Shown: positions 29,185-38,226, counted from the first letter of the stretch. The stretch is 64,000 nucleotides of DNA from an uncultured Cytophagales bacterium (GCA_964251665.1 CAXUKO010000005.1:313285-377284); one strand, 5' to 3'. Program-made: numbers and translations. Notes: a model not told the origin generated them from the letters alone.

Positions 29185-29256
29185 GGCTTTGTAGTTCAAC
29201 GGATAGAATAGACGTTTCCTAAACGTTAGATCCGGGTTCGATTCCCGGCGAAGCCA
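29185..29256 (+). tRNA. tRNA-Arg (anticodon CCT)
   Basis: Folded by hand. Acceptor stem ggctttg/cgaagcc (one G-U pair), D stem gttc/gaat, anticodon stem gacgt/acgtt, loop ttCCTaa, 4-nt variable loop, T arm ccggg-ttcgatt-cccgg, discriminator A. No encoded CCA. Confidence 0.85.
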
Positions 29257-29263
29257 CTTTCTG

Positions 29264-29328
29264 TAGACGTTTCCTAAACGTTGATCCGGCCGGGACGCCG
29301 GTCCGATTCAATTCCCGGCGAAGCCACT
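29264..29328 (+). repeat. partial tRNA-Arg copy B (anticodon arm and 3' acceptor strand only)
   Basis: tagacgtttcctaaacgtt (19 nt) and attcccggcgaagccact (18 nt) are identical to the tRNA. About 20 nt is inserted in the T-arm region. There is no 5' acceptor strand or D arm. Confidence 0.8.
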
Positions 29329-29337
29329 CTGTTCCCA

Positions 29338-29400
29338 TTGACACGTTTCCTAAACGTCAGATCAAACCGGAACCACGGTCTAGTCTCCGGCGAAGCCACT
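29338..29400 (+). repeat. partial tRNA-Arg copy C (more diverged)
   Basis: acgtttcctaaacgt (15 nt) and ccggcgaagccact (14 nt) are identical to the tRNA. The middle part has diverged. Confidence 0.75.
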
Positions 29401-29456
29401 ATTTAATTAAAGCGTTTTCTACTGGCTTGTGTTCTACCTTCAAACACAGGAAGATC

Positions 29457-29612
29457 ATGGCTCACGAGGAAAAGAAGAACAAGAACATCAAGAAAGTGGC
29501 GACAAAGGCTCCCAAAGTACATGGTGCGCCTAAAGTGCCCAAATACGAACAGAGCGAAACCGGTTTTACACCCCTAAGCGTTCCGTCTAAGGATAAAAAG
29601 AGCGCGAAGTAA
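29457..29612 (+). CDS. small lysine-rich protein (51 aa), unknown function
   Basis: MAHEEKKNKNIKKVATKAPKVHGAPKVPKYEQSETGFTPLSVPSKDKKSAK. The ATG is preceded by the purine-rich acaggaag. A strong terminator lies 18 nt after the stop. Confidence 0.45.
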   Translation: MAHEEKKNKNIKKVATKAPKVHGAPKVPKYEQSETGFTPLSVPSKDKKSAK

Positions 29613-29629
29613 ACCCACAATTACCCAGG

Positions 29630-29655
29630 GGGCCGCGTTCATGCGGCCCTTTTTT
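29630..29655 (+). terminator. rho-independent terminator
   Basis: gggccgc-gttcat-gcggccc followed by tttttt. Confidence 0.75.
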
Positions 29656-29859
29656 ATTGCTCTTATCAGGGCAAATTACTTCGTCTACCCCCTCAGTTCG
29701 TAGCAAACTGGTTTTAACGGTGTTCGTTAAAACTACAGGTAAGTCAGCTACATAACTACATGCGGTTCAAACCAGAAAAGCCGGAGCGTAACCCGCCCGG
29801 CTTTATCAAAACGATGTGGAAAATGCGCAAAGAACAGCGACTCAATGGCAATGGTTACT

Positions 29860-30534
29860 CTACCACTGACTAACCGGCATGGCAGTCGCTCTGAGCTGCA
29901 CCCCGATGTTGGTAGCTGGTGACTCAACCGCCATTTTATTCAACGCACTGTAAATAACACGGACAGCATTTTCGATCCGCTGCCAGCCTTCCTCGCTCCG
30001 CAGGTCAAGGCCAATCATAGTCCGGTTGTTTTGCGCCATGATCGTCAGATACGACATAGCACCCAGAATTACGGCCGAGAGCGCTTTGGTATCGGCACCC
30101 TCTACAAACGACAGCTGCTCAACCAGGCGCGTCATTTCTTCATCAACTGCCTTACTGGTGATATCGGCTGTTGAATCGTTTTCAACGATTGTTGCTTTGA
30201 TTACTTCACGAGCTGCTTTCAGGCTGCGGAACGAACGGTAGGTTTGTAGCACCTGACGGGACCAGATTTTAGCCACATCCGACTCGTGCATAGGGCGGAT
30301 CTGATCAAGTACAACGGGGGTAAGCAACGGAAACAGTTTACCCATTTTTACGTAGTAATGCATCAGGCCGTCAATACCGCCAAAATACCGGTAGATAAGC
30401 ACTTTACTAACGCCAGCTTTTTCGGCTACCCGGTTTACACCTACGCCTTCCAGGCCATGCTCGGCTATTACTTCTTCCAGAGCCTCTACAATGCGCTGAG
30501 TGGTTTTGTCCCGGTTCCTTGTTAGCTTTTCCAT
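29860..30534 (-). CDS. TetR/AcrR-family transcriptional regulator
   Basis: N-terminal HTH: RIVEALEEVIAEHGLEGVGVNRVAEKAGVSKVLIYRYFGG. Confidence 0.88.
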   Translation of the reverse strand: MEKLTRNRDKTTQRIVEALEEVIAEHGLEGVGVNRVAEKAGVSKVLIYRYFGGIDGLMHYYVKMGKLFPLLTPVVLDQIRPMHESDVAKIWSRQVLQTYRSFRSLKAAREVIKATIVENDSTADITSKAVDEEMTRLVEQLSFVEGADTKALSAVILGAMSYLTIMAQNNRTMIGLDLRSEEGWQRIENAVRVIYSALNKMAVESPATNIGVQLRATAMPVSQW

Positions 30535-31080
30535 CTGATTATGTGATTGATTGGTTGGATTTATTGTTTAGATACGTTAACGAGTAAGTCGTCACTTTTT
30601 TTACAATAAAAGTTAATGACAAAACGATCGAAGTATATACGAGTAAAAACCAGTATGTGTATTTACGATAATTATCAAATTTTAACTATTTATTTTCGAT
30701 AACACATAAATATAAACATTTAAAGAATTATTTATCTATTATTATAAATAATCTTTGTTAAACCTCCTGTTGTGATCAATTCTCAAACCTACTATAGAAT
30801 AGTATTACCTTAGACTTTATGTACTTAATAATTTAGTTAAAGTTATCAAATGGCGTCCTCAAGAAAACAGGTCCATCACTAACGTGGCTTTTCTGGACGT
30901 TAATTGAGCTATAAGATTGACTATAAGTGCGTTTACGTCACAAACCTGGATCAACACAGGTTGCCAGCCGAGCAAGCGCTATAACATTATCGCCAATGCC
31001 CGGCCTGCTACATACAGCAAAGCCCCCTCAAGCTACTGAGGAGGCTGACTATATGGCGATGTGTTCGTATGGAGAGGGCT

Positions 31081-32598
31081 TTATTTAATTGGCCAGATCA
31101 TTAGTGTTTTGAAAACAGCACTGCCCCCCACTGACTGCAACTCAAGTTTGCCTTCGTGTTTAGTCGGAAATACCAGTTCCGTCATAACCTGCTGACCATC
31201 ATTGGCAAATATCTCCACGATGGACGCATCAACCAGCAGGTGCAGTCTCAGCGTGCCCTTCTGTGGTTTTACCACTACTGACTCTACACTCGGAAACCGG
31301 TCGCTGAAGCCCACATTGCCCGACTTAGTGCGGTCGAAAGACAGCGTACTGGTTGCAGCATCGTAGGTTAGAGTGCTGGTTTCGTCGCCACTTTTCAGGA
31401 GTAGAATGCTAACCTGCTTTGCTGAACCAAGCGCAATCTCCGCTTCCAGTTCGTAAGATTCACCCGTAAAATCGAGCGGCATCGGTCCACTCACGGTCAG
31501 GTTAGTTTTGTTAGTTGGTTTCCCGCGTCGGCCCGCCAGTGAAACCGGTGTCTGCACCAGCCGATAGCCATCGGGGGTGTTTGTCAGACTAATTTCACGC
31601 GGGACCGACATGGCTCCTTTAAAAGGCGACGTTGGTAGTTTATTAGCGTATTCCCAGTCGTTGAGCCAGCCAATCATAATCGGCTTTTTGCGGGTATTGG
31701 GCAGGTCATTGAAGGGTATGGCTGCGTAGTAATCTTTACCCTCATCCACATACAGAATCTCTTTCTGCGGTTGAGCCGTGAAGGTTTTCCCATCGAAATC
31801 GCCCACAAAATACTGCATGGCGAGGTAATTTTTCTGCCGGTGCCCACTCGAGAGTGTCAGCACCCACTTCTTATCTGAACTTCCTTCAATTGGTACCTGA
31901 AACAAGGCAGGACATTCCCAGACTTTAGTTGTATCGCCCTGCGGACCAAAGAGGCTCAGCAACGTCCAGTCTTTGAGGTTTTTCGACTCGTAGAACGCGG
32001 CCTGATGATCGGTCGGCTTAATCACCGTCATCAGCCATTTTTGCTGCGGAGCATACCAGAACACATTTGGGTCACGAAACTCTTTGGTTTTCAAATCCAG
32101 CACCGGGTTACCAGCGTACTCCGTCCAGGTTAGCCCCTGATCGGCACTATAGGCCAGATTCTGGTACTGCGCGGTCTGTTTGTCGCCCGCCGAGACATTA
32201 CCCGTGTAGACGGCCACCAGGCAGCCTTTCGTTCCTGCCGGACAAAGTCCGCTCGTATTGTCTTTATCAAGGACAGCACTACCCGAGAAAATGGCGGTAC
32301 TTAACTTACTATCGGGATGGGTAAACTCCGGAATAGCCAGCGGCAGATTTTGCCAGTTCAACAGGTCTTTGCTCACCGCATGGCCCCAGCTCATGTGTCC
32401 CCATTCATTACCAAACGGGTTGTGCTGGTAAAACAAATGGTACTGCCCATTGGCGTAAATAAGGCCATTGGGATCGTTGATCCAGCCTTTGGGTGCCGAA
32501 AAGTGGTATCGGGGACGATACGTCTCATCGGGTTTTGCGGTCTGCCCAAAAGCGTTTAACGTAGTCAGCAGAGCAAGGGGTAAAAGGAATTTTTGCAT
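31081..32598 (-). CDS. glycoside hydrolase family 32 (beta-fructofuranosidase / exo-fructanase), secreted
   Basis: Signal peptide, WINDPNGL nucleophile block, FRDP (RDP motif), WECP (EC acid/base motif) and a C-terminal beta-sandwich. Confidence 0.9.
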   Translation of the reverse strand: MQKFLLPLALLTTLNAFGQTAKPDETYRPRYHFSAPKGWINDPNGLIYANGQYHLFYQHNPFGNEWGHMSWGHAVSKDLLNWQNLPLAIPEFTHPDSKLSTAIFSGSAVLDKDNTSGLCPAGTKGCLVAVYTGNVSAGDKQTAQYQNLAYSADQGLTWTEYAGNPVLDLKTKEFRDPNVFWYAPQQKWLMTVIKPTDHQAAFYESKNLKDWTLLSLFGPQGDTTKVWECPALFQVPIEGSSDKKWVLTLSSGHRQKNYLAMQYFVGDFDGKTFTAQPQKEILYVDEGKDYYAAIPFNDLPNTRKKPIMIGWLNDWEYANKLPTSPFKGAMSVPREISLTNTPDGYRLVQTPVSLAGRRGKPTNKTNLTVSGPMPLDFTGESYELEAEIALGSAKQVSILLLKSGDETSTLTYDAATSTLSFDRTKSGNVGFSDRFPSVESVVVKPQKGTLRLHLLVDASIVEIFANDGQQVMTELVFPTKHEGKLELQSVGGSAVFKTLMIWPIK

Positions 32599-32755
32599 AA
32601 TGACAAATTATTAAACAGGGTAAAATCTCATCTGACAGATGGCTAATGTTAATACCTGTTAGCAACAAGGCTACCTACGCAAATAAATACTTCTTTGTGT
32701 GTATAACTGGATTAGTGGTTAGAAAGAACGAGTTATCAGCAGGTAATAGTCTTGT

Positions 32756-33646
32756 TCAGAGCGGTTGCAGGTGCAGGGTTGCAGCGATGGTTTCAGCCGA
32801 AAAAGCGGGCGTCGCACCCTGTTGCGTGGCTACGTAAGCGCCGGTTGCACAGGCAAATTCCAGGGTCTTCCCGGCGGATTCACCCTGTAAGGTTTTATAG
32901 AGAAAAGCGGCCAGAAAGGCGTCACCACTACCAATGGTATCCTCCACGTTGATAGGAAAGCCTACCTGACTATACATGCCTGTTTCATCGAGCAGCACGG
33001 CTCCGTCGCCACCCAGCGTCGCGCATAGTTTTTCGAGTTGATAGCGCTCGCGCAGCTGATAAATGGCCCCGTGCAGATCGTTTCCTTCACCATACCAGCC
33101 AGCCAGTTCCACCAGTTCGTGCTCATTAATTTTAGCGACGTCGGCCTGTTGCAACAGTTCTTCAACCATTGCCCGGTCGTAGTGAGGGGCGCGCAGATTA
33201 ACGTCGAATACGGTGTAAGGCGCTACGGCCAGCAGGGCCAGCAGCGTTTCACGCGTTTGCGAACTTCGTGCGGCCAGGCTACCGTACACGAACACATCGC
33301 TCTGTCGGACCACATCGAGCAGGTTGGGCTCCAGCTGAATATAATCCCAGGCTACGGGCTGCACAATCTTGTAGGTTACCTCGTTACTATCCGAAACATT
33401 GGCTTTGGCTACCCCCGTCAGGTGCGACTGACCCACCTGTATCAATTCAGTAGGAATGCCTTTGCGGGTTAGAAAATCCAGTAGTTCGCTGCCCAGTTCA
33501 TCAGTACCGACGCGGCTGATGAGTTGAGCATTCAGACCAAAGTTTCGTAGGTCGGCGGCCACGTTCATAGGGGCACCGCCGGGTTGTTTACTGGTCGGCA
33601 GCACATCCCAGAGGATTTCGCCGAAACAGGTGATGGTTGGTGTCAT
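32756..33646 (-). CDS. PfkB-family carbohydrate kinase, probable fructokinase
   Basis: CFGEILWDVLP..GGAPMNVA N-terminus and TIGSGDAFLAAF anion-hole/ATP block. It sits between the GH32 gene and the sugar transporter. Confidence 0.82.
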   Translation of the reverse strand: MTPTITCFGEILWDVLPTSKQPGGAPMNVAADLRNFGLNAQLISRVGTDELGSELLDFLTRKGIPTELIQVGQSHLTGVAKANVSDSNEVTYKIVQPVAWDYIQLEPNLLDVVRQSDVFVYGSLAARSSQTRETLLALLAVAPYTVFDVNLRAPHYDRAMVEELLQQADVAKINEHELVELAGWYGEGNDLHGAIYQLRERYQLEKLCATLGGDGAVLLDETGMYSQVGFPINVEDTIGSGDAFLAAFLYKTLQGESAGKTLEFACATGAYVATQQGATPAFSAETIAATLHLQPL

Positions 33647-33659
33647 AGCTAAAAATGGG

Positions 33660-35030
33660 TTAATGGGCGAAAACGGTCCGGTCTATTTTCTCCAGGCTGG
33701 TTCCTTTGGTTTCGGGCATGATGCGCAGCACAAACAGCAGTTGCAGTACCATCATAGCGGTGAAAAAGAGGAAGGTATTACCGCCCCCGAATCGCTCGGA
33801 GAGGTACGGGAACGTGAAGGTGATGATGGCTGCCATGAGCCAGTGCGTAAAGCTGCCGAGGGCCTGCCCGCTCGCCCGGACTTCGTTGGGGAAAATTTCG
33901 GAGATGAACACCCAAATCACAGCCCCCTGCGAGAAGCCAAAAAAAGCGATGTAGCCAAACAGGAGGAACGGCACGGTCATACCGCTAAAATCTTCTACGT
34001 AGAAGGCGCGGGCAACCAAACCCAGCATCAGAATAAGCCCCACCGATCCGATTTTCATGAGTGTACGCCGACCGTAGCGGTCGATGAGGTTCATGGAAAG
34101 CAGGGTGAAAACAAGGTTAATCAGACCAATACCAGCTGAGGAGAGCAGGGATGAGCTTTTACCGAGCCCCGTCATTTCAAAAATGCGGGGGGCGTAATAA
34201 ATGATGGCGTTGATACCCGAAACCTGGTTGAAGACCGCGAACAATACGGCCAGCATAATTGGGGTATTATATTTTCCCGAAAAGAGCCGGGCCGAAGCGG
34301 CTGTCGTCGTGTTGCTTTGCTGAATGGCAATCAGTGTTTGTTCGGCCGTGTCGGGGTCAATCATGTTAAGCACCGCACGGGCCTCCGCCACCGGATCGCC
34401 GGACCGCGGATCGTCGGACCGCGGATCGCCGGACCGCTGCCCTTTCCTGAGCAACAGCCACCTTGGGCTTTCCGGGATGTTAAGAACAGCAATCAGGAAG
34501 ATCAGCGACGGCAGTGCCTGTACACCCAGCATCCAGCGCCAGGGCTGGGCACCCACATCGGCAAGCAGGAAGTTGGAGAGATAAGCAATCAGGATACCGA
34601 AAACAACATTGAACTGGAACAGGCCGACGAGTTTACCGCGCGATTTAGCTGGTGAGATTTCGGTAATGTACATGGGTGCGGCCACCGACGATGCGCCAAC
34701 GCCTAAACCGCCCAAAAAACGAAAAACGAGAAAGATAGACCAGGTTGGCGCGAGTGCTGTTCCGAGCGAGGCTAACAGATACAGAATGGCAATCCAGAAA
34801 AGCGTGCGTTTACGCCCGAGTCGCTCGGCGGGGATGCCGCCCGTCATGGAGCCGATCACTGTACCGATAAGCGCGATGGATACTGTTAGGCCATGCTCCC
34901 AGACGCTGAGGTGCCAGAGGGTCTGGAGGGTCTGCTCAACACCGGAGATGACAGCGGTATCGAAACCAAAAAGGAAGCCACCTAAAGCGGCTGTGATGGA
35001 CCAAAAGAAAATACGTTGTTTCTGACGCAT
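33660..35030 (-). CDS. MFS sugar porter (sugar:H+ symporter family)
   Basis: Start moved to ATG 35030 (MRQKQRIFFW). Motifs GRKRTLF, PESPRWLL and PETKGTSLE, with 12 TM segments. Confidence 0.88.
   Translation of the reverse strand: MRQKQRIFFWSITAALGGFLFGFDTAVISGVEQTLQTLWHLSVWEHGLTVSIALIGTVIGSMTGGIPAERLGRKRTLFWIAILYLLASLGTALAPTWSIFLVFRFLGGLGVGASSVAAPMYITEISPAKSRGKLVGLFQFNVVFGILIAYLSNFLLADVGAQPWRWMLGVQALPSLIFLIAVLNIPESPRWLLLRKGQRSGDPRSDDPRSGDPVAEARAVLNMIDPDTAEQTLIAIQQSNTTTAASARLFSGKYNTPIMLAVLFAVFNQVSGINAIIYYAPRIFEMTGLGKSSSLLSSAGIGLINLVFTLLSMNLIDRYGRRTLMKIGSVGLILMLGLVARAFYVEDFSGMTVPFLLFGYIAFFGFSQGAVIWVFISEIFPNEVRASGQALGSFTHWLMAAIITFTFPYLSERFGGGNTFLFFTAMMVLQLLFVLRIMPETKGTSLEKIDRTVFAH
34393..34437. 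repeat. in-frame 15-bp tandem repeat x3 inside the MFS transporter gene
   Basis: ggatcgccggaccgc / ggatcgtcggaccgc / ggatcgccggaccgc. On the coding strand it encodes SGDPRSDDPRSGDP in the central cytoplasmic loop. Confidence 0.9.
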
Positions 35031-35069
35031 GGCTGACTCGAAGTGTCGGGCTGGACATTGATTTCGAGT

Positions 35070-35077
35070 CAAACTTA
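35070..35077 (-). promoter_or_regulatory. candidate -7 promoter box TAAGTTTG for the transporter-kinase unit
   Basis: Plus-strand caaactta is TAAGTTTG on the minus strand (TAnnTTTG consensus). It lies 40 nt upstream of ATG 35030. The same octamer occurs in the two SusC leaders. Confidence 0.4.
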
Positions 35078-35472
35078 GATCAGCTCTATCAGCTAAACTT
35101 TCGGTAATCGTTCAAATACTTCTAAAATGAATCGAAACACATAATATATTGACTAACAACAGCTTATGTGTTTAAAATTTGAATTCACTTTAGGTTTTAG
35201 AACAGGAATTTCAGCTTTTGTTACACGCGTCGCTACGAATCACAGTCGGTTGAGTAGGATGGCAAACCCGCCACCGCTGGCGAGACGCAGATTGATTGTG
35301 GTCTTGCTGGTGGCCCGTTCTTCTTTTTAATGGTATAAGCCTTCGCGAGTGTCTGAAACGCGTCGAGGTGTGTCTCGTAATGTCGCTGTAGGTCAGTCGC
35401 CCAGTTGCAATAGACTATAGATACTGTGCAAAGCCCGTTGTTTGGCCAGCGAACGGGTAGAATGGAAACACA

Positions 35473-38226
35473 TTAGGCGTTAACCGGCGACTTCCGGTAT
35501 TCAGACGGAGTCTTTTGGGTATGCTGCTTGAAGAACGTTGTGAAGTAGGCGGGCGAACTGAAACCTGTCTCGTCTGCTATTTCAGACATGGGCCTGTTCG
35601 TTTCGCGCAGCAGGGATTTTGCTTTCTTTAAACGGACTTCGGTCAGATAATCCATCACGTTCATATCCAGCAGGGCCTGCACTTTGCGGTAGAGCTGCAC
35701 GCGGGAAAGGCCCATCTCGCGGCTTAGTTTCTCTACGCCAAAGGCCGGATCGCTTAAGTTCTGTTCAATCAGGGCGGTTAGCTCATTCAGGAATTTCTTA
35801 TCCTGCCGGTTGCCGGAACTGGATTGAGTCAGGAAGTCTGAAGCATACCGCCGTTGCCATTTTTCGCGGTTAGCCAACGTTGTACGAATCGTTTCGAGCA
35901 GATACGCCGTATTGAACGGTTTGGTAATGTAGGCATCAGCCCCGACGCGGGCACCTTCAATCCGCTGTTCCATCTGGGCTTTTGCCGTCAGCAGAATAAC
36001 CGGAATATGCGATGTGCGCAGGTCGGCTTTTACGCGCTGCGTCAGTTGCAGGCCATCCATCGCATCAGCAAACGGGTGTCGTCCCGGCATGGCTTCACCC
36101 GCCAGCATAATATCACTGATGATCAGGTCGGGGATGCATTCCAGCGCCCGCTCCCACCCTTTTTCGCCGGCCGCTTCGGCAATAACATCAAATTCATTGC
36201 CCAGCCGCGTGGTAAGAAAAGCCCGCAGATCATCATTGTCCTCAACAATCAGCACGGTACGCCCCCGTTTGCCGGGCAGCGTTACAGAGGCACCTACTTC
36301 CGAATCGTCCACATCGATCAGCAGGCGTTGCCGGGTCAGCGGCCCGGTCATTTCCTCCGCCGTCAGGTGCTGATTACCCAGTGGCATCAAAATGGTAAAT
36401 GTTGTGCCCCGGCCAACCTCCGATTCTACCCGGATCTCGCCCTGATGCAGTTGAATAAACTCCAGCGACAAGGCCAGCCCCAGCCCTTTTGACAGATTAA
36501 ACGACTTGGTGCCACTGAAAAACAAATCAAAAGCGTGGGCCTGTTCATCGGCAGTCATGCCTTCGCCGTTATCCCGCACCCGAATCTGTACCTGTGCATC
36601 AACTACGTCCAGCAGAACGTGAATCAGCCCGCCAGCAGGCGTGTACTTGAACGCGTTCGACAGCAGGTTAACGATTACCTTGTCTAGTTTCTCCTGATCG
36701 AACCAGACCGGTACGGTAGCCTGTGTCGTGATGAACTGCAGGTCGATACGCTGTTTTTTAGCTTTGGGCCGGAAGTCCTGCACAATGTCCTGAATGAAGT
36801 CGGGCAGATTCTGTTCCGACGTGTGAAGTCGCTGCCTGCCGGCATCGGTTTTACGCAGATCCAGCATCTGATCAATCAGGCGGAGCAGACGGTAGGCATT
36901 TTTCTGAATCAGTGCCAGGTTACTTTTCAGTTCATACGGACTCACGGTTTTCTGGCTCAACAGGTCTTCCGTTGGCGTTAGAATCAGGCTCAGGGGCGTA
37001 TTAAATTCGTGGGAGATGTACGAGTAAAACCGGAGTTTTTCTTCCGTAGCCAGCCGCGCCTGCGCCGACACGGCTTCGATCTTGTCTTTCTGATCCAGTA
37101 TTTCCTGATTCTGCTGCTCCAGCGTTTGGTAAGCGGCCTGCTTGGACCGAAACAAGTATAGCGCCCAACTCCCCAGGAGCATAGCCACAATCAGGCTGGC
37201 CAATGTGAAGTAGAGCGTGTCTTTCTGGGAGGCATACGTACGGCTGAGTTCAGCAATGCGCTGACTTTGTTTCTCAATATCGGCCTGCTGTTCAATCACC
37301 TTTTCGTTCTGAAGCTTCATAATCCGCACGTTCGACGAGTCGATCAGGGTGATTGGCAGCCGGTTTTCGCGGCTGAAAGGTTGCTTTTTCAGGATGGCAA
37401 TGGCCGTTCGGATGGCTTCTTTACCGCCGGTCGGGTACAGCACCGTACCACTCAAAACATGCCGGTCTACAAGATCAATGCCTTCATTTTTGCCGGGCAG
37501 TCCATCCACACCAATAATTTTGATCTGCTGACTAACGCCTAGTTGCTGACAAACCCGGAAAGCCTTTAGGGCCGTCCGGTCGTTCTGCGCAAAGATGAGA
37601 TTTATGGTTGGCTGGGTCTTCAGCAAATGCGTCAGCGTGCCGGCAAACGACTGTTTATCCCAGTCCCCTTCCAGCTTGGCAACCAATTTGATACCGGGGT
37701 ACCGGTTGATGGCGTCGGCAAAACCGCGATGCCGGTCAATATCCGCTGATGACCCGGGTGATTCCCCGATTTCTACAATGTTCCCCGCCCCTTTCAGCAG
37801 GGCGTTGGCGTAAATACCGGCCGTGCGACCGACCTCCACGTTATTAGCCCCAACGTAGGCCGTGTACTGGTCAGACGCCGTGCGCCGATCCACTACAATC
37901 ACCGGAATACCCTGTTGGTACGCTTTTTCAACAATGGGGGTAATAGGCTGGGCAGCATTGGGTGAAACGATCAGCAGATCAACCCGCTGGTCGATGAGTT
38001 CCTGAATCTGCTTCACCTGTCTCGCACTCTGCCCACCGGCATCTTTCACCACGAAATTAATATCAGGACTAAATGACAACTCCCGGTTCATGCTTTCCAG
38101 CATGGTTTTACGCCAAGTATCGGCTTCGGTACGCTGCGAAAACCCAATGGTGAACTGTTTGCTCTGTTGCGTCGAACAGGCAAAGAGCAATAAGGTCGTT
38201 AACAAAAAGAGACAAAAGAATTTCAA
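35473..38226 (-). CDS. hybrid two-component system protein: periplasmic sugar-binding (PBP1) sensor + histidine kinase + receiver + AraC-type HTH
   Basis: 917 aa. It has a lipoprotein-like N-terminus, a PBP1-type domain (GFSQRTEADTWRKTM...VVDRR), a TM helix, an H-box SHEFNTPLS, HATPase G-boxes (DNGEGM, GLGLAL), a receiver (LIVEDNDDL...ISDIMLAGE) and a C-terminal AraC HTH. Confidence 0.9.
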   Translation of the reverse strand: MKFFCLFLLTTLLLFACSTQQSKQFTIGFSQRTEADTWRKTMLESMNRELSFSPDINFVVKDAGGQSARQVKQIQELIDQRVDLLIVSPNAAQPITPIVEKAYQQGIPVIVVDRRTASDQYTAYVGANNVEVGRTAGIYANALLKGAGNIVEIGESPGSSADIDRHRGFADAINRYPGIKLVAKLEGDWDKQSFAGTLTHLLKTQPTINLIFAQNDRTALKAFRVCQQLGVSQQIKIIGVDGLPGKNEGIDLVDRHVLSGTVLYPTGGKEAIRTAIAILKKQPFSRENRLPITLIDSSNVRIMKLQNEKVIEQQADIEKQSQRIAELSRTYASQKDTLYFTLASLIVAMLLGSWALYLFRSKQAAYQTLEQQNQEILDQKDKIEAVSAQARLATEEKLRFYSYISHEFNTPLSLILTPTEDLLSQKTVSPYELKSNLALIQKNAYRLLRLIDQMLDLRKTDAGRQRLHTSEQNLPDFIQDIVQDFRPKAKKQRIDLQFITTQATVPVWFDQEKLDKVIVNLLSNAFKYTPAGGLIHVLLDVVDAQVQIRVRDNGEGMTADEQAHAFDLFFSGTKSFNLSKGLGLALSLEFIQLHQGEIRVESEVGRGTTFTILMPLGNQHLTAEEMTGPLTRQRLLIDVDDSEVGASVTLPGKRGRTVLIVEDNDDLRAFLTTRLGNEFDVIAEAAGEKGWERALECIPDLIISDIMLAGEAMPGRHPFADAMDGLQLTQRVKADLRTSHIPVILLTAKAQMEQRIEGARVGADAYITKPFNTAYLLETIRTTLANREKWQRRYASDFLTQSSSGNRQDKKFLNELTALIEQNLSDPAFGVEKLSREMGLSRVQLYRKVQALLDMNVMDYLTEVRLKKAKSLLRETNRPMSEIADETGFSSPAYFTTFFKQHTQKTPSEYRKSPVNA

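Noticed and set aside
29185-29400. CRISPR-like array interpretation of the three ~70-nt units
   Set aside because: The repeated parts are tRNA-derived, diverge progressively, and are not separated by unique spacers of regular size. No cas genes are in the window.
29401-31080. Intact integrative element next to tRNA-Arg
   Set aside because: No integrase, excisionase, transfer or phage gene is present. Only a small ORF, a TetR gene and an AT-rich gap are there, so I report only att-like scars.
35854-36492. 212-aa + strand ORF (and 36014..36373) inside the hybrid two-component gene
   Set aside because: It is antisense to the HATPase/receiver region of the HTCS. It is a shadow ORF.
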